Source of the DNA: Candidatus Omnitrophota bacterium
GTDB lineage: Bacteria > Omnitrophota > Gorgyraeia > Gorgyraeales > Gorgyraeaceae
DNA: 64,000 bases
Assembly (NCBI GenBank): GCA_018819285.1
Contig: JAHJQM010000010.1
Coordinates: 10,930 to 74,929, forward strand
Direction of reading: 5' to 3'
The notes beneath the pieces are model-generated. The model saw only the letters and a list, made by a program, of their open reading frames with translations. It was not told where the DNA came from and made no database searches. Of this stretch, positions 9,706-20,064 are shown one piece after another. Each line of letters begins with the position of its first letter. The stretch's first letter is position 1. The position numbers were made by a program, and so were the translations under genes.

Positions 9706-10707
9706 ATGATTAAGATTGCCCTTGATGCCATGGGTTCCGATAATGCCCCGTTTTCAGACGTAGAAGGAGCTGTTTTAGCAGCCCGTGAATTTAATTACGA
9801 GATTACATTGGTGGGGAATCAGGATTCAATAAAAAAAGAGCTCGAAAAATACAAACCCATTCCTTCCAATATATCAATACATCATGCCTCTGAAGTTATT
9901 GGAATGCATGAGCAGCCTGTTTTAAGCGTAAGAAGAAAAAAAGATTCATCTATAGTTAGTCTCTCTAATCTTGCAAAAGAGAAAAAGGTAGATGCAATAG
10001 TAAGCGCTGGCAATACCGGAGCCATGGTATGCGCTGCAACGCTTAAATGCAGGCTTCTTCAGGGCATAGAAAGGGCTGGGATAGGGATTGTTATGCCTAC
10101 TCTTAAAGGCCCTATAGTGATGATAGACGGAGGCGCTAATATAGATGCTAAACCATCTCATCTTTTACAATATGGCATCATGGCCAGCGCTTATTCAGAA
10201 TATATACTTAATAAAAAATCTCCGAGAGTAGGGCTTTTAAATGTAGGCGAAGAAGAATCAAAAGGCACAGGTTTTCTAAAGGAAACTTACAGCCTTCTTG
10301 AGTCTTCAGGGCTTAATTTTATAGGCAATGTAGAAGGCAGGGATTTTTTTGTTGGCGATTGTGATGTAATAGTATGCGATGGGCTTGTGGGCAATGTAGC
10401 TTTAAAGGTTACTGAAGCAGTTGCTCATGCGCTTGGAGAAATGCTTAAGAAAGAATTAAAGAGCAGCTTCTTGTCCGCAGTGGGAGCTCTGCTGGCTAAA
10501 AATGCTTTCATGTCAATGAAGAAAAAAATGGATTACGCTGAGCATGGCGGGGCTCCGCTTCTCGGGGTTAACGGTGTATGTATAATAGGACATGGTTCAT
10601 CGAATCCTAAGGCAATAAAAAACGCTATTCGAGTTGCAGGAGAAGAGGTAGTTAAAAACGTAAATCAGCATATCATAGAAGCGATTGCTATCAGGAAGGA
10701 GCAATAA
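9706..10707 (+). CDS. plsX: phosphate:acyl-ACP acyltransferase PlsX
   Basis: MIKIALDAMGSDNAP… and a full-length PlsX match; 333 aa. Confidence 0.9.
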   Translation: MIKIALDAMGSDNAPFSDVEGAVLAAREFNYEITLVGNQDSIKKELEKYKPIPSNISIHHASEVIGMHEQPVLSVRRKKDSSIVSLSNLAKEKKVDAIVSAGNTGAMVCAATLKCRLLQGIERAGIGIVMPTLKGPIVMIDGGANIDAKPSHLLQYGIMASAYSEYILNKKSPRVGLLNVGEEESKGTGFLKETYSLLESSGLNFIGNVEGRDFFVGDCDVIVCDGLVGNVALKVTEAVAHALGEMLKKELKSSFLSAVGALLAKNAFMSMKKKMDYAEHGGAPLLGVNGVCIIGHGSSNPKAIKNAIRVAGEEVVKNVNQHIIEAIAIRKEQ

Positions 10708-11684
10708 TGGAACAGGCTGGCATACTTGGATTAGGTTGTTATCTACCAGTCATGAAGCTGACAAATAAAGACTTGGAAAAAATGGTTGATACATCAGACG
10801 AATGGATAATGACAAGGACCGGGATTAAAGAAAGAAGGATTGCCCCAAAGGAATTTGCTGCGAGCGATCTGGGAGTGGAGGCTGCCAGAGCTGCCATTAA
10901 AGACGCAGGACTGGTTTCTGAAGACATAGATTTGATTATTGTTACTACAGTAACTGGAGATATGGCATTTCCATCTACCTCATGTATCATACAGGATAAG
11001 ATAGGCGCTTATAACTCAGCCGCATTTGATATAAATGCAGCGTGTTCAGGTTTTATATTCGGGATAATTACTGCGAAACAATTTGTGGATTCAGGACTTT
11101 ATAAAAATGTGCTGGTTATAGGCGCAGAGAAGATGACTAATCTTGTTGACTGGCAAGATCGGTCTACGTGTGTATTGTTCGGAGACGGAGCAGGCGCATG
11201 CGTTATAGGAAAGAGTAAAGATAGACGGATTATCTCTCATTTTATAGGCTGCGATGGTTCAGGCAGTAATCTTTTAAAACTTCCAGCAGGAGGCTCCAGG
11301 ATTCCTACAACAGAAGAGACTGTTAAGGCCAAGCTTCATTTTTTAAAAATGGAAGGCAACGAGATATTTAAGATTGCGGTAAAGGTAATGGCAGATGCTG
11401 CGAATAAGGCAATTACAAAAGCAGGGCTTTTATGCAGCGATATAGATTTACTGATACCTCATCAGGCAAATATAAGGATATTAATGGCTGTTGCAAAAAA
11501 GATGGGCTTGCCGGAAAAAAAGATTTTTCTTAATATAGAAAAATACGGCAATATGTCATCGGCTTCAACAGCTGTTGCGCTGGTAGAGGCAAATAAAGAA
11601 CAGAGGATTAAAAAAGGCGATAATGTCGCGCTTGTTGCATTTGGAGCAGGGTTGACTTACGGAGCAGTAGTCATAAAATGGTAA
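10707..11684 (+). CDS. fabH: 3-oxoacyl-ACP synthase III
   Basis: Active-site AACSGF Cys, C-terminal HQANIRI and GAGLTYG motifs; 325 aa. Confidence 0.9.
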   Translation: MEQAGILGLGCYLPVMKLTNKDLEKMVDTSDEWIMTRTGIKERRIAPKEFAASDLGVEAARAAIKDAGLVSEDIDLIIVTTVTGDMAFPSTSCIIQDKIGAYNSAAFDINAACSGFIFGIITAKQFVDSGLYKNVLVIGAEKMTNLVDWQDRSTCVLFGDGAGACVIGKSKDRRIISHFIGCDGSGSNLLKLPAGGSRIPTTEETVKAKLHFLKMEGNEIFKIAVKVMADAANKAITKAGLLCSDIDLLIPHQANIRILMAVAKKMGLPEKKIFLNIEKYGNMSSASTAVALVEANKEQRIKKGDNVALVAFGAGLTYGAVVIKW

Positions 11685-12613
11685 AAAATATTTGCTTTAT
11701 TTTTCCGGGGCAAGGGTCGCAGTATGTTGGAATGGGAAAAAAACTGTATGATAATTCTCCGGAAGCAAAGGCTATATTTGACCAGGCAGAAAAAATTTTA
11801 CCAGGATTAGATCTGAAGAAGCTCTGTTTTGAAGGCCCGATCGAAGAATTGACACAGACGGCAAATAGTCAAGTTGCGATTTTAACTGCGAGCATAGCTG
11901 CATTACAGGCCTTAGGCTCCGATCTCAAGCCTGTTTTTTGCGCTGGATTAAGCCTGGGAGAATACAGCGCTTTGGTTGCAAGCGGAGTTTTAGAATTTTC
12001 AGATGCTATCCGGCTAGTGAGACGAAGAGGGGAATTAATGGAACAGGCAGCTTTAAATAATCCAGGAACCATGGCGTCTATACTTGGAATTTTCGTAGAA
12101 GATCTGAAAGAAATCTGTAAAAAGACAGACTCTGAGATAGCAAATCTAAATTGTCCGGGACAGATAGTTATATCAGGAAAAAAAGAATCTGTTCAAAAAG
12201 CCATGGCCCTGGCTGAGCAAAAAGGCGCTAAAAAGGCAATTATATTAAATGTAAGCGGGCCTTTTCATTCTTCATTTATGAAAGAAGCTGCAGAGGAGTT
12301 TAAAAAAGAGCTTGGTAAAACAAGATTTTCCAGCCCTAAAGTCTCTATTATAAGCAATGTAACAGCTGATTGTGAAAACAGAGTGGAGTTCATAAAAGAA
12401 AACCTTGTGAAACAATTATACAGCCCTGTGAGATGGGAAGAGTCTATATTGAAAATCAGCCAAGAAGGCTGCGATACGTTTTTTGAGATAGGGCCTGGAA
12501 AGGTGCTAAAAGGGCTTTTGCGTAGAATAAATCCGGAATTAACAGTTTATAATATAGAAACTATAGAAGATATAAAAAACCTTATTTCTATCCCGATCGA
12601 CAAACGGAATTAA
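11678..12613 (+). CDS. fabD: malonyl-CoA:ACP transacylase
   Basis: FPGQGSQYVGMG and GLSLGEYSAL active-site motifs; 311 aa. Confidence 0.9.
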   Translation: MVKNICFIFPGQGSQYVGMGKKLYDNSPEAKAIFDQAEKILPGLDLKKLCFEGPIEELTQTANSQVAILTASIAALQALGSDLKPVFCAGLSLGEYSALVASGVLEFSDAIRLVRRRGELMEQAALNNPGTMASILGIFVEDLKEICKKTDSEIANLNCPGQIVISGKKESVQKAMALAEQKGAKKAIILNVSGPFHSSFMKEAAEEFKKELGKTRFSSPKVSIISNVTADCENRVEFIKENLVKQLYSPVRWEESILKISQEGCDTFFEIGPGKVLKGLLRRINPELTVYNIETIEDIKNLISIPIDKRN

Positions 12614-12626
12614 GAAAGGAATGATT

Positions 12627-13376
12627 ATGTGCGAATTAGTTTTAGAAGGCAAGCTGGCTATTGTAACAGGAGGAGCGAGAGGTATTGGCAAGGAGATAGC
12701 AATGCTCTTTGCAAAACAAGGAGCCAATATCGCCATATGCGATGTAAATCTGGAAGAGGCTGAAAAAACAGCAAAAGAAATACAGGATTCAGGCCGTGAA
12801 AGCCTTGCTTTTAAGGTTGACGTTACTGACCAAAGCCAAATACAGGACATGGTGGATAAAATTCTTGACAAATTCAATAAAATAGATATACTTATTAACA
12901 ATGCTGGCATAACAAAAGACAATCTTCTTCTAAGGATGTCAGAAGAGGAGTGGGATAAGGTAATAGCAGTAAACCTTAAAGGCACTTTTCTATGCACGAA
13001 GATAGTTTCAAAGGTTATGCTCAAGCAGCGTTTTGGCAAGATAGTTAATCTTGCGTCGATCATTGGAATCATGGGCAATGCAGGCCAGGCAAATTACGCA
13101 GCTTCAAAGGCAGGTATAATAGGACTTACAAAAAGCGTGGCAAAAGAACTGGCTTCGCGTAATATATGCGTAAATGCAATAGCCCCAGGATTTATAAAGA
13201 CAGACATGACAGCCAGATTGGCTGAAGAGGTCCAGAAGAAAATGCTTTCCGTGATCCCTCTTGCAAGATTTGGCGAAGCAAAAGATGTGGCGGATTTAGC
13301 AATATTCCTTTCGAGCGAAAGCTCTTCATATATAACAGGCCAGGTGATACAGGTAGATGGCGGAATGGTGATGTGA
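12627..13376 (+). CDS. fabG: 3-oxoacyl-ACP reductase
   Basis: GKLAIVTGGARGIGKE Rossmann motif, NAG and YxxxK (YAASKAG). Start set at the second ATG (12627) for better Shine-Dalgarno spacing; the ORF opens at 12621. Confidence 0.9.
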   Translation: MCELVLEGKLAIVTGGARGIGKEIAMLFAKQGANIAICDVNLEEAEKTAKEIQDSGRESLAFKVDVTDQSQIQDMVDKILDKFNKIDILINNAGITKDNLLLRMSEEEWDKVIAVNLKGTFLCTKIVSKVMLKQRFGKIVNLASIIGIMGNAGQANYAASKAGIIGLTKSVAKELASRNICVNAIAPGFIKTDMTARLAEEVQKKMLSVIPLARFGEAKDVADLAIFLSSESSSYITGQVIQVDGGMVM

Positions 13377-13482
13377 AAATAAAAAGTTAGTTAAAAGTGA
13401 AAGGTGAAAAATTAAAGGTTTTTACCTTATACTTTAAGCTTTATACCTTTAACCAACATTTGTACTTAAGGAGGAATTAAAC

Positions 13483-13722
13483 ATGGCAGTTGCTGAAAAA
13501 GTAAAATCAATAATAGCAGAGCAGCTTGGCGTGAAGCAAGAAGAGGTGACTCCAGAGGCATCTTTTATAGACGATCTTGGCGCAGATTCTCTTGATACAG
13601 TAGAGCTCGTAATGGCTCTTGAAGAAGAATTTGGCATAGAGATTCCTGATGAAGATGCTGAAAAGATAACCACTGTAGGCGATGCTGTCAAGTATATAGA
13701 AGAAAAAGGCACCAAAAAGTAA
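13483..13722 (+). CDS. acpP: acyl carrier protein
   Basis: [27 protein letters not shown] phosphopantetheine-attachment motif; 79 aa; strong AAGGAGG Shine-Dalgarno. Confidence 0.95.
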   Translation: MAVAEKVKSIIAEQLGVKQEEVTPEASFIDDLGADSLDTVELVMALEEEFGIEIPDEDAEKITTVGDAVKYIEEKGTKK

Positions 13723-13802
13723 TATTTTGAATACATGGGGTTAGGAGGGGTATTGAATTGGTTTTTAAATCTCTTCTGACCCTTTATTTTTAAGGACTAT
13801 CT

Positions 13803-15038
13803 ATGAAACGCAGAGTTGTTGTGACAGGGTTGGGTGTGATTTCTCCGATAGGATGCGCTAAAGAGGATTTCTGGACTAACCTTATAAAAGGAAAGAGCGG
13901 CATAGGGCCTCTGACTTATTTTGACGCTAGCCAATATGAATCCCGCATTGCAGGAGAGATTAAGGATTTTGCGCCACACCCTTTTATTTCTGTTAAAGAC
14001 CTCAGAAGAATGGAGAAATTTGTACAGTTTGGCGTAACTGCTGCGAAAAACGCTATTGATGATTCAGGCCTTGACGTATCAAAGGAAGATCCGTATAAAA
14101 TAGGCGTTATAGTGGGTTCAGGAATAGGAAGCCTGAGAATAATAGAGGAAGAGCATAAAGTAATACTTGAAAAAGGGCCATCCCGCATGACCCCGTTTCT
14201 TATCCCAATGCTTATTGTAAATATGGCAGCAGGCCATATATCTATTATGATAGGCGTTAAAGGCCCGAATCTCTGCACTACAACAGCGTGTGCGTCTGGT
14301 TCTCACGCTATAGGTGAAGCAATGAGGATTATTCAATACGGCGACGCAGATGTTATGATAGCAGGCGGAACAGAGAGCTGCATTACTGCTCTTGGTATAG
14401 GAGGCTTTTGCGCATTAAGAGCTCTTTCTACTAGAAATAAGGATCCAGAAAGAGCTTCCAGGCCTTTTGATAAAGATAGAGATGGCTTTGTAATGTCAGA
14501 AGGCTGCGGTATTGTAATTTTGGAAGAATTGGAACACGCAAAGAAAAGAAACGCTAAGATATATAGCGAGATAGTTGGCTATGGCATGACCGGAGACGCG
14601 TATCATATGACAGCGCCGGATCCTGAAGGAAGGGGAGCTTCTAGGTGCATGGTAAATGCGCTGAAAGACGGTAGCCTGAAACCCGAAGATATTTCCTATA
14701 TAAATGCCCATGGCACATCCACAATGCTCAATGATAAAGTAGAGACTATGGCGATAAAGAAAGTATTTGGAAACCATGCAAAAAAAGTAGCTGTTTCATC
14801 TACAAAATCAATGCTAGGCCATCAATTAGGCGCAGCAGGAGCTGTAGAATTTGTCATCTGCTGCCTTTCCATAGAAAGAGGTATTATTCCTCCTACAATA
14901 AACTACGAAACCCCAGACCCAGATTGCGACCTTGACTATGTGCCCAATAAGGCGCGCCAGTTAAAGGTCAATACCTGCCTATCAAATTCTCTTGGCTTTG
15001 GTGGCCACAATGCCACGCTCTGCGTAAAAAAGATATAA
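13803..15038 (+). CDS. fabF: 3-oxoacyl-ACP synthase II
   Basis: KAS I/II fold with active-site Cys (TTACASG) and His-His (HGTST … GHQLGAAG); 411 aa. Confidence 0.9.
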   Translation: MKRRVVVTGLGVISPIGCAKEDFWTNLIKGKSGIGPLTYFDASQYESRIAGEIKDFAPHPFISVKDLRRMEKFVQFGVTAAKNAIDDSGLDVSKEDPYKIGVIVGSGIGSLRIIEEEHKVILEKGPSRMTPFLIPMLIVNMAAGHISIMIGVKGPNLCTTTACASGSHAIGEAMRIIQYGDADVMIAGGTESCITALGIGGFCALRALSTRNKDPERASRPFDKDRDGFVMSEGCGIVILEELEHAKKRNAKIYSEIVGYGMTGDAYHMTAPDPEGRGASRCMVNALKDGSLKPEDISYINAHGTSTMLNDKVETMAIKKVFGNHAKKVAVSSTKSMLGHQLGAAGAVEFVICCLSIERGIIPPTINYETPDPDCDLDYVPNKARQLKVNTCLSNSLGFGGHNATLCVKKI

Positions 15039-15108
15039 ATATCTCCGGCATTATAATCTGACCTTTTTTTAATTGATTTAATAATTCAGTTGGAACTATA
15101 CTGAATTA

Positions 15109-16635
15109 ATGCTCGTCTCTAAATCTACGCCTTTTATTAAGCTGAAAAATCTCAAAATAAAGCCTGATATATTTGAAAAGATCCCTGCCAAAGTTGCATG
15201 CCATTATAAAGTTATGCCAATAAAATTTGAAAAAAATACGCTTATAGTGGCCATAGAAGATCCGCTAAATCTGATGGTTTTGGATGATATAAGTTTATTT
15301 TTAGGATTTAAAATAGTGCCTGTGTGCGCGAGCCTTTCTGATATATTAGAAGCTATTAAAGAGTACTATGGTCTGGGAGCCGAAACAATAGAGGAGATAA
15401 TAGGCGCAGGCGATATGGATAAGGATTTACCAGCGCAAAAAGCCGGGATAGAAAATATAGATGAAATGGCTCAGGACGCATCTGTAGTGAAGTTTGTGAA
15501 TCAGATGCTCGCACAGGCTGTAAAAGATGATGCTACGGACATACATATAGAACCTTACGAAAATGAGCTTAGAGCCAGGTATAGGGTGGATGGTATTTTA
15601 TATGATGTGGCTATACCTCAAAATATAACATATTTTAAATCAGCCATAGTCTCTAGGATAAAGATTATGGCTGATCTGGATATCGCAGAGCGCCGCCTTC
15701 CTCAGGATGGCAGAATAAAGATTAAGGTATCTGGCCAGGAAATAGACCTCAGGGTGTCTATATTGCCCACGCAATTCGGAGAAAGCATAGATATTAGAAT
15801 CCTTATCAGTTCTATGCTTTATAGTCTGGAAAATCTGGGATTATCGCCTGCTGATATCGAGCTATTGGAAAAACTTATAAAAAAGCCGCATGGAATTATT
15901 TTTATTACAGGGCCTACTGGCGGCGGCAAAACTACCACTCTTTATGCGTGTTTATCAAAAATAAATAATAAAGACAAAAAAATCATTACTATAGAAGATC
16001 CTATAGAATACCAGTTAAAAGGCATTACTCAGATACAGGTTCATCCAAAGATAAGATTAGATTTTGCAGCAGGGTTAAGGTCTATGTTAAGGCATGACCC
16101 TGATATTATGATGGTGGGAGAAGTCAGGGATTTCGAAACAGCAGAAATAACGATCAGAGTTGCTTTGACAGGGCATTTGGTATTTAGCACGCTTCATACC
16201 AATGATGCAGCAGGGGGCGTAACCAGGCTTTTAGATATGGGCGTTGAGCCATATCTAGTGGCAAGTTCAGTGGAATGTTTTATTGCACAGAGGCTTGTCA
16301 GGGTTATCTGTCCTGATTGCAAAACCAGGATAGGACCAAATGAAGAAATTTTGAAGGAATTTGGAATTGATAATATAGATAATGGAAAAATTTACGAAGC
16401 GAAAGGTTGCAAATCCTGCAAATTTACAGGATATAAAGGCAGGACTGCGATATATGAGTTTTTAATCATGAAGGATGAAATTCGAGAGATGGTTCTAAAC
16501 CGCTCATCGTCAAGCGAGATAAAAAATAAAGCATTGGAACTTGGAATGCGCACTCTTCGGATGGATGGCTTGAAAAAGATAAAAAAAGGTTTAACTACTT
16601 TTAACGAAGTAATAAGAGTTACTAAAGAGGATTAA
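15109..16635 (+). CDS. gspE: type II secretion system ATPase GspE (PilB-type)
   Basis: N-terminal T2SSE_N domain, Walker A GPTGGGKTTT, Asp and His boxes, C-terminal CxxC…CxxC zinc site; 508 aa. Confidence 0.85.
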   Translation: MLVSKSTPFIKLKNLKIKPDIFEKIPAKVACHYKVMPIKFEKNTLIVAIEDPLNLMVLDDISLFLGFKIVPVCASLSDILEAIKEYYGLGAETIEEIIGAGDMDKDLPAQKAGIENIDEMAQDASVVKFVNQMLAQAVKDDATDIHIEPYENELRARYRVDGILYDVAIPQNITYFKSAIVSRIKIMADLDIAERRLPQDGRIKIKVSGQEIDLRVSILPTQFGESIDIRILISSMLYSLENLGLSPADIELLEKLIKKPHGIIFITGPTGGGKTTTLYACLSKINNKDKKIITIEDPIEYQLKGITQIQVHPKIRLDFAAGLRSMLRHDPDIMMVGEVRDFETAEITIRVALTGHLVFSTLHTNDAAGGVTRLLDMGVEPYLVASSVECFIAQRLVRVICPDCKTRIGPNEEILKEFGIDNIDNGKIYEAKGCKSCKFTGYKGRTAIYEFLIMKDEIREMVLNRSSSSEIKNKALELGMRTLRMDGLKKIKKGLTTFNEVIRVTKED

Positions 16636-16637
16636 TA

Positions 16638-17870
16638 GTGCCTAGGTTTATATATCGAGTAAAAAAAGGGCCAGAGGAAAACTTAGAAGGCGCTATTGAG
16701 GCAGATTCAGAGAATGCAGCTGTTAATAAATTGATCCAATCTGGGTATTATCCTGTATGGGTTACAGAGAAGGAGAGTTTTGTACGAAAATCTTTTATTT
16801 CATACGGGAAGAGTCGAGAAGATTTATATAGGGTAAAGATTAAAACAAAGGAAACGGCTAATTTTACAAGGCGCCTATCAGAACTTTTAGGCTCAGGCCT
16901 TGCGCTTTATAATGCATTAGGTGTAATTGAGAATCAGACGGAAAATAATAATTTAAAACTGATAATAGGGACTGTTAAGAGCCGCATAAAAGATGGAAAA
17001 AAATTTTCAGAGGCATTGGAAAATTATCCTTATATTTTTTCAGAGCTATGCGTAAACCTTGTGCGTTCAGGAGAAGAATCAGGTTTAGTGAACGAGGTGC
17101 TGGAGAATATATCGGATTTCCTGGATAAGGATGAAGATATGAGGTCCAAGGTCATTGTAGCGTTGGCGTATCCTGGCCTGATGGCAATAGTAGGCCTTGC
17201 CACAGTATTTATTCTAGTTATATTCATTGTCCCGAGATTAGTTAATATCTTCATAGAAATGGGCGAAGAGTTGCCGCTGGTGACCAGGATACTTTTAAGG
17301 ATAAGCGATTTCATAAAGGCTTATTGGATTTTATTAATCCTTTTCATGGGAGGCTTGATCTTTTTACTTAAGAGTGGCAAGTTAAACCCTATTGCAAAAA
17401 ATAAAATAGACAGGATCAAGTTAAGATTACCTATTTTAGGAGATCTTGTAAGAAATGTAGAATTTGCAAGATTTTCCAGGACTCTTTCCATGCTTCTCAA
17501 AAACGGGGTTCCGATATTGGATTCTTTAAAGATTACTTCAGGGGTGGTAACAAATAATGCGATAAGAAGAGATATAAGCGCTATTCATAATGATGTTAAG
17601 CTAGGACTGAGTCTTGCTACGGCAATGAAAAAAAGAGAATGCTTTCCTTTGTTTTTAGCGAATATGGCAGCAGTGGGAGAAGAGGGCGGTTTCCTGGATA
17701 AGGCATTGTTTAATATCGCGCGTAATTATGAAATAGAATCAGATAAGACTATGAAAACACTAACAGCTTTTTTGGAGCCGGCTTTTATTCTGATAATGGG
17801 CCTAGTGGTTGGTTTTATAGTAATTAGCATGCTTTTGCCGGTATTTCAGATATCACTGGTAACACATTGA
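16638..17870 (+). CDS. gspF: type II secretion system inner-membrane platform protein GspF
   Basis: Two T2SSF repeats and three TM segments; 410 aa; directly downstream of gspE. Confidence 0.85.
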   Translation: MPRFIYRVKKGPEENLEGAIEADSENAAVNKLIQSGYYPVWVTEKESFVRKSFISYGKSREDLYRVKIKTKETANFTRRLSELLGSGLALYNALGVIENQTENNNLKLIIGTVKSRIKDGKKFSEALENYPYIFSELCVNLVRSGEESGLVNEVLENISDFLDKDEDMRSKVIVALAYPGLMAIVGLATVFILVIFIVPRLVNIFIEMGEELPLVTRILLRISDFIKAYWILLILFMGGLIFLLKSGKLNPIAKNKIDRIKLRLPILGDLVRNVEFARFSRTLSMLLKNGVPILDSLKITSGVVTNNAIRRDISAIHNDVKLGLSLATAMKKRECFPLFLANMAAVGEEGGFLDKALFNIARNYEIESDKTMKTLTAFLEPAFILIMGLVVGFIVISMLLPVFQISLVTH

Positions 17871-17883
17871 AATGGAGGGTTGG

Positions 17884-18300
17884 ATGAAAACTAAAAAAGG
17901 TTTTACCTTGATCGAATTAATGCTGGTTGTAATCATTATTGGCGTGCTCGTTTCAATGGTAGTCCCGAGACTTGTTGGGCGATCAGAAGAGGCCAGAGTA
18001 GCTGCTAGTAAGGCAGATATAAATGCCAACATCTCAGTTGCGTTTGATTTATATGAGCTGGATAACGGAAAATATCCTACTACAGAAGAGGGGCTAAGGG
18101 TATTACTTACAAAGCCTGCTTCAGCTGTAAAATGGAAAGGCCCTTACCTTAAAAAAGAACCCATTGATCCATGGGGAAGAAAATATCTATACAGGTCTCC
18201 AGGCGATCATGTTAGTGATTATGATCTTTATTCTTATGGCCCTGATGGGATAGAAGGCGGAGGAGACGATGTTACTAACTGGGAAGAGGCAAAAATGTGA
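17884..18300 (+). CDS. gspG: type II secretion major pseudopilin GspG
   Basis: Prepilin leader MKTKKG|FTLIELM with E+5. Downstream motifs …KADI…LYELDNGKYPTTEEGL…GPYLKK…DPWG…Y…YGPDG are characteristic of GspG. The ATG at 17884 has a GGAGG Shine-Dalgarno; the ORF opens at 17872. Confidence 0.85.
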   Translation: MKTKKGFTLIELMLVVIIIGVLVSMVVPRLVGRSEEARVAASKADINANISVAFDLYELDNGKYPTTEEGLRVLLTKPASAVKWKGPYLKKEPIDPWGRKYLYRSPGDHVSDYDLYSYGPDGIEGGGDDVTNWEEAKM

Positions 18301-18637
18301 AGGTTTCTTATTGCTTGAGATAATGATAAGCGTTTTAATATTATCTATAGGGGTTGTATCGGTATTGAGTTCTTTCGCAGGTCTAATAAGGGCGACAGAG
18401 CTTTCAAAGAGTTATTTTAAGGCAGGTCTTCTTCTGGAAGAAAAATTGTTAGAGTTTTATAATAGCGATATCGAAGAAGGTATATCAAGAGGAGAGTTTA
18501 GCGATTTTGACAACAGATTTTCATGGGATCTGGATGTGGTTAAATCAGAAGACGGTTTTTGCAAAGAAGTTAGCCTGAAGGTTCTATGGCGCGAAAAAGA
18601 TAAAGAAAAAGATTTATCTGTCTTAACATATATATGA
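18269..18637 (+). CDS. gspI: minor pseudopilin, GspI-like
   Basis: Class III signal peptide (KCEG|FLLLEIM, E+5); ~120 aa; lies between gspG and gspJ-like. Confidence 0.55.
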   Translation: MLLTGKRQKCEGFLLLEIMISVLILSIGVVSVLSSFAGLIRATELSKSYFKAGLLLEEKLLEFYNSDIEEGISRGEFSDFDNRFSWDLDVVKSEDGFCKEVSLKVLWREKDKEKDLSVLTYI

Positions 18638-19224
18638 CACGCAGGTCTTTTGCTCTTATAGAACTTATAATTGCAACTGTGATGCTGGCCATCATAATTG
18701 TTTCCATATACAGCGTTTTTAGCGTGGGTATAAAGGCATGGCGCAGAGGAAGCGAAGGCAGAGATTTTCAGAAAATCAGGATAGGGCTTTTAAGAATGCA
18801 GAAAGAACTGCAAAACTCTTTCTTTTTTTCTGAAGTGCCTTTTAAAGGTGTTTCTAAAGAAATTATTTTTCCGATGGTCATATCCGGAGAGAATAGAGAC
18901 GACGTCTATGTAATTAATTATTATATAGCAGAAGACAGGGGTGACGGATACAGCGCTCTGAAGAAAAGAAAAACTCTTTTTATGGATAATAAGATTCCTG
19001 GAGAGAAAGATGCGGACGAGGTTGTATTTCTGGCGAATTCAATAAATTTTGAATATGCGTATGAATTAAAAAACGGATTGAAGGGTTTTAAATGGAAGGC
19101 TGCGTGGGGAGAATCCCAGAAAAAAAATCCTTTAGCAGTTAAGGTTAATTTTAGTCTAGGAGCAGATGAAGGCGTCTATCATAAGATAATATTTATTATG
19201 CAAGGGGCTTTGGGGATAGAATGA
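18634..19224 (+). CDS. gspJ: minor pseudopilin, GspJ-like
   Basis: MTRRS|FALIELIIA prepilin-type N-terminus; ~196 aa; correct operon position. Confidence 0.5.
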   Translation: MTRRSFALIELIIATVMLAIIIVSIYSVFSVGIKAWRRGSEGRDFQKIRIGLLRMQKELQNSFFFSEVPFKGVSKEIIFPMVISGENRDDVYVINYYIAEDRGDGYSALKKRKTLFMDNKIPGEKDADEVVFLANSINFEYAYELKNGLKGFKWKAAWGESQKKNPLAVKVNFSLGADEGVYHKIIFIMQGALGIE

Positions 19225-20063
19225 AAAGCAAAAAGGCTAGCATATTAATATTTGTTATGTGGGCGCTTATAATTTTATCTTTATTAAGCATAACCGTTTC
19301 TTATAATTCCGCAGCTGATATAAAACTTGCTAAATATGAATCCTTGGGCATAAAATCGTTATATCTTGCAAAGGCCGGAATTGCAAAGATGATAATCGAA
19401 TTGAATAAAGATAAAAATAATTACGATAGCCTTAATGAAGATTGGAATAAAGAAAGGGAGTTTATATTAGGCGGGAGCAAGGTTATATACAGAGCTTGCG
19501 ATGAAGGAGCAAGGCTTAATCTTAACAGTTCAAATTTAAATAAGGAGTATTTAATTAGGCTAGGACTGGATGATGATGTATGTCAGGGGCTGTTGGGTTA
19601 CAGGATTAAAAAAGGAGAAAAGGGCTTCGAGTTTATGGAGGAGTTATTTTTGATAGATGGAATGACGCGAGATATCTATTTAAGCATAAAAGATTATATG
19701 ACAATTTATAGAGGTCTTGGCTCAAGAGTTAATATAAATACAGCTGACGAAAATATTTTAAAAATAGTTTTAGGAGATGACACCTTGATGATAAATAAAA
19801 TAATTACATACAAGGAAGGCAATGATGGCGAAATCTGCACCGAAGATGACGGGATATTTACAGAAGATAATTTCAGTTTTATATTTGAAAATTTTGGAGT
19901 TACACCTGAAGCTATTTTAAATTATCAGACTTTGTTTGATGTGAGCTCAGGATTTTTTAGAATACTGGCAGACGCATCTTTTTCAGAAGATAAGAGTCAG
20001 ATGAAGAGCGTTACGGCAATAGTAGATAAGTTAGGGAAAATTTATTATTGGGAAGAGGAGTAA
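19221..20063 (+). CDS. gspK: minor pseudopilin GspK-like
   Basis: N-terminal TM segment, DEGARLNLNS and VNINTA motifs typical of GspK; 280 aa. Confidence 0.6.
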   Translation: MKSKKASILIFVMWALIILSLLSITVSYNSAADIKLAKYESLGIKSLYLAKAGIAKMIIELNKDKNNYDSLNEDWNKEREFILGGSKVIYRACDEGARLNLNSSNLNKEYLIRLGLDDDVCQGLLGYRIKKGEKGFEFMEELFLIDGMTRDIYLSIKDYMTIYRGLGSRVNINTADENILKIVLGDDTLMINKIITYKEGNDGEICTEDDGIFTEDNFSFIFENFGVTPEAILNYQTLFDVSSGFFRILADASFSEDKSQMKSVTAIVDKLGKIYYWEEE

Positions 20064-20064
20064 G

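Noticed and set aside
13376-13482. Short hairpin AAGGT-TTTT-ACCTT between fabG and acpP as a regulatory element
   Set aside because: It has only a 5-bp stem in AT-rich DNA. It is more likely a weak terminator or chance, and the acpP promoter and strong Shine-Dalgarno explain the spacer adequately.
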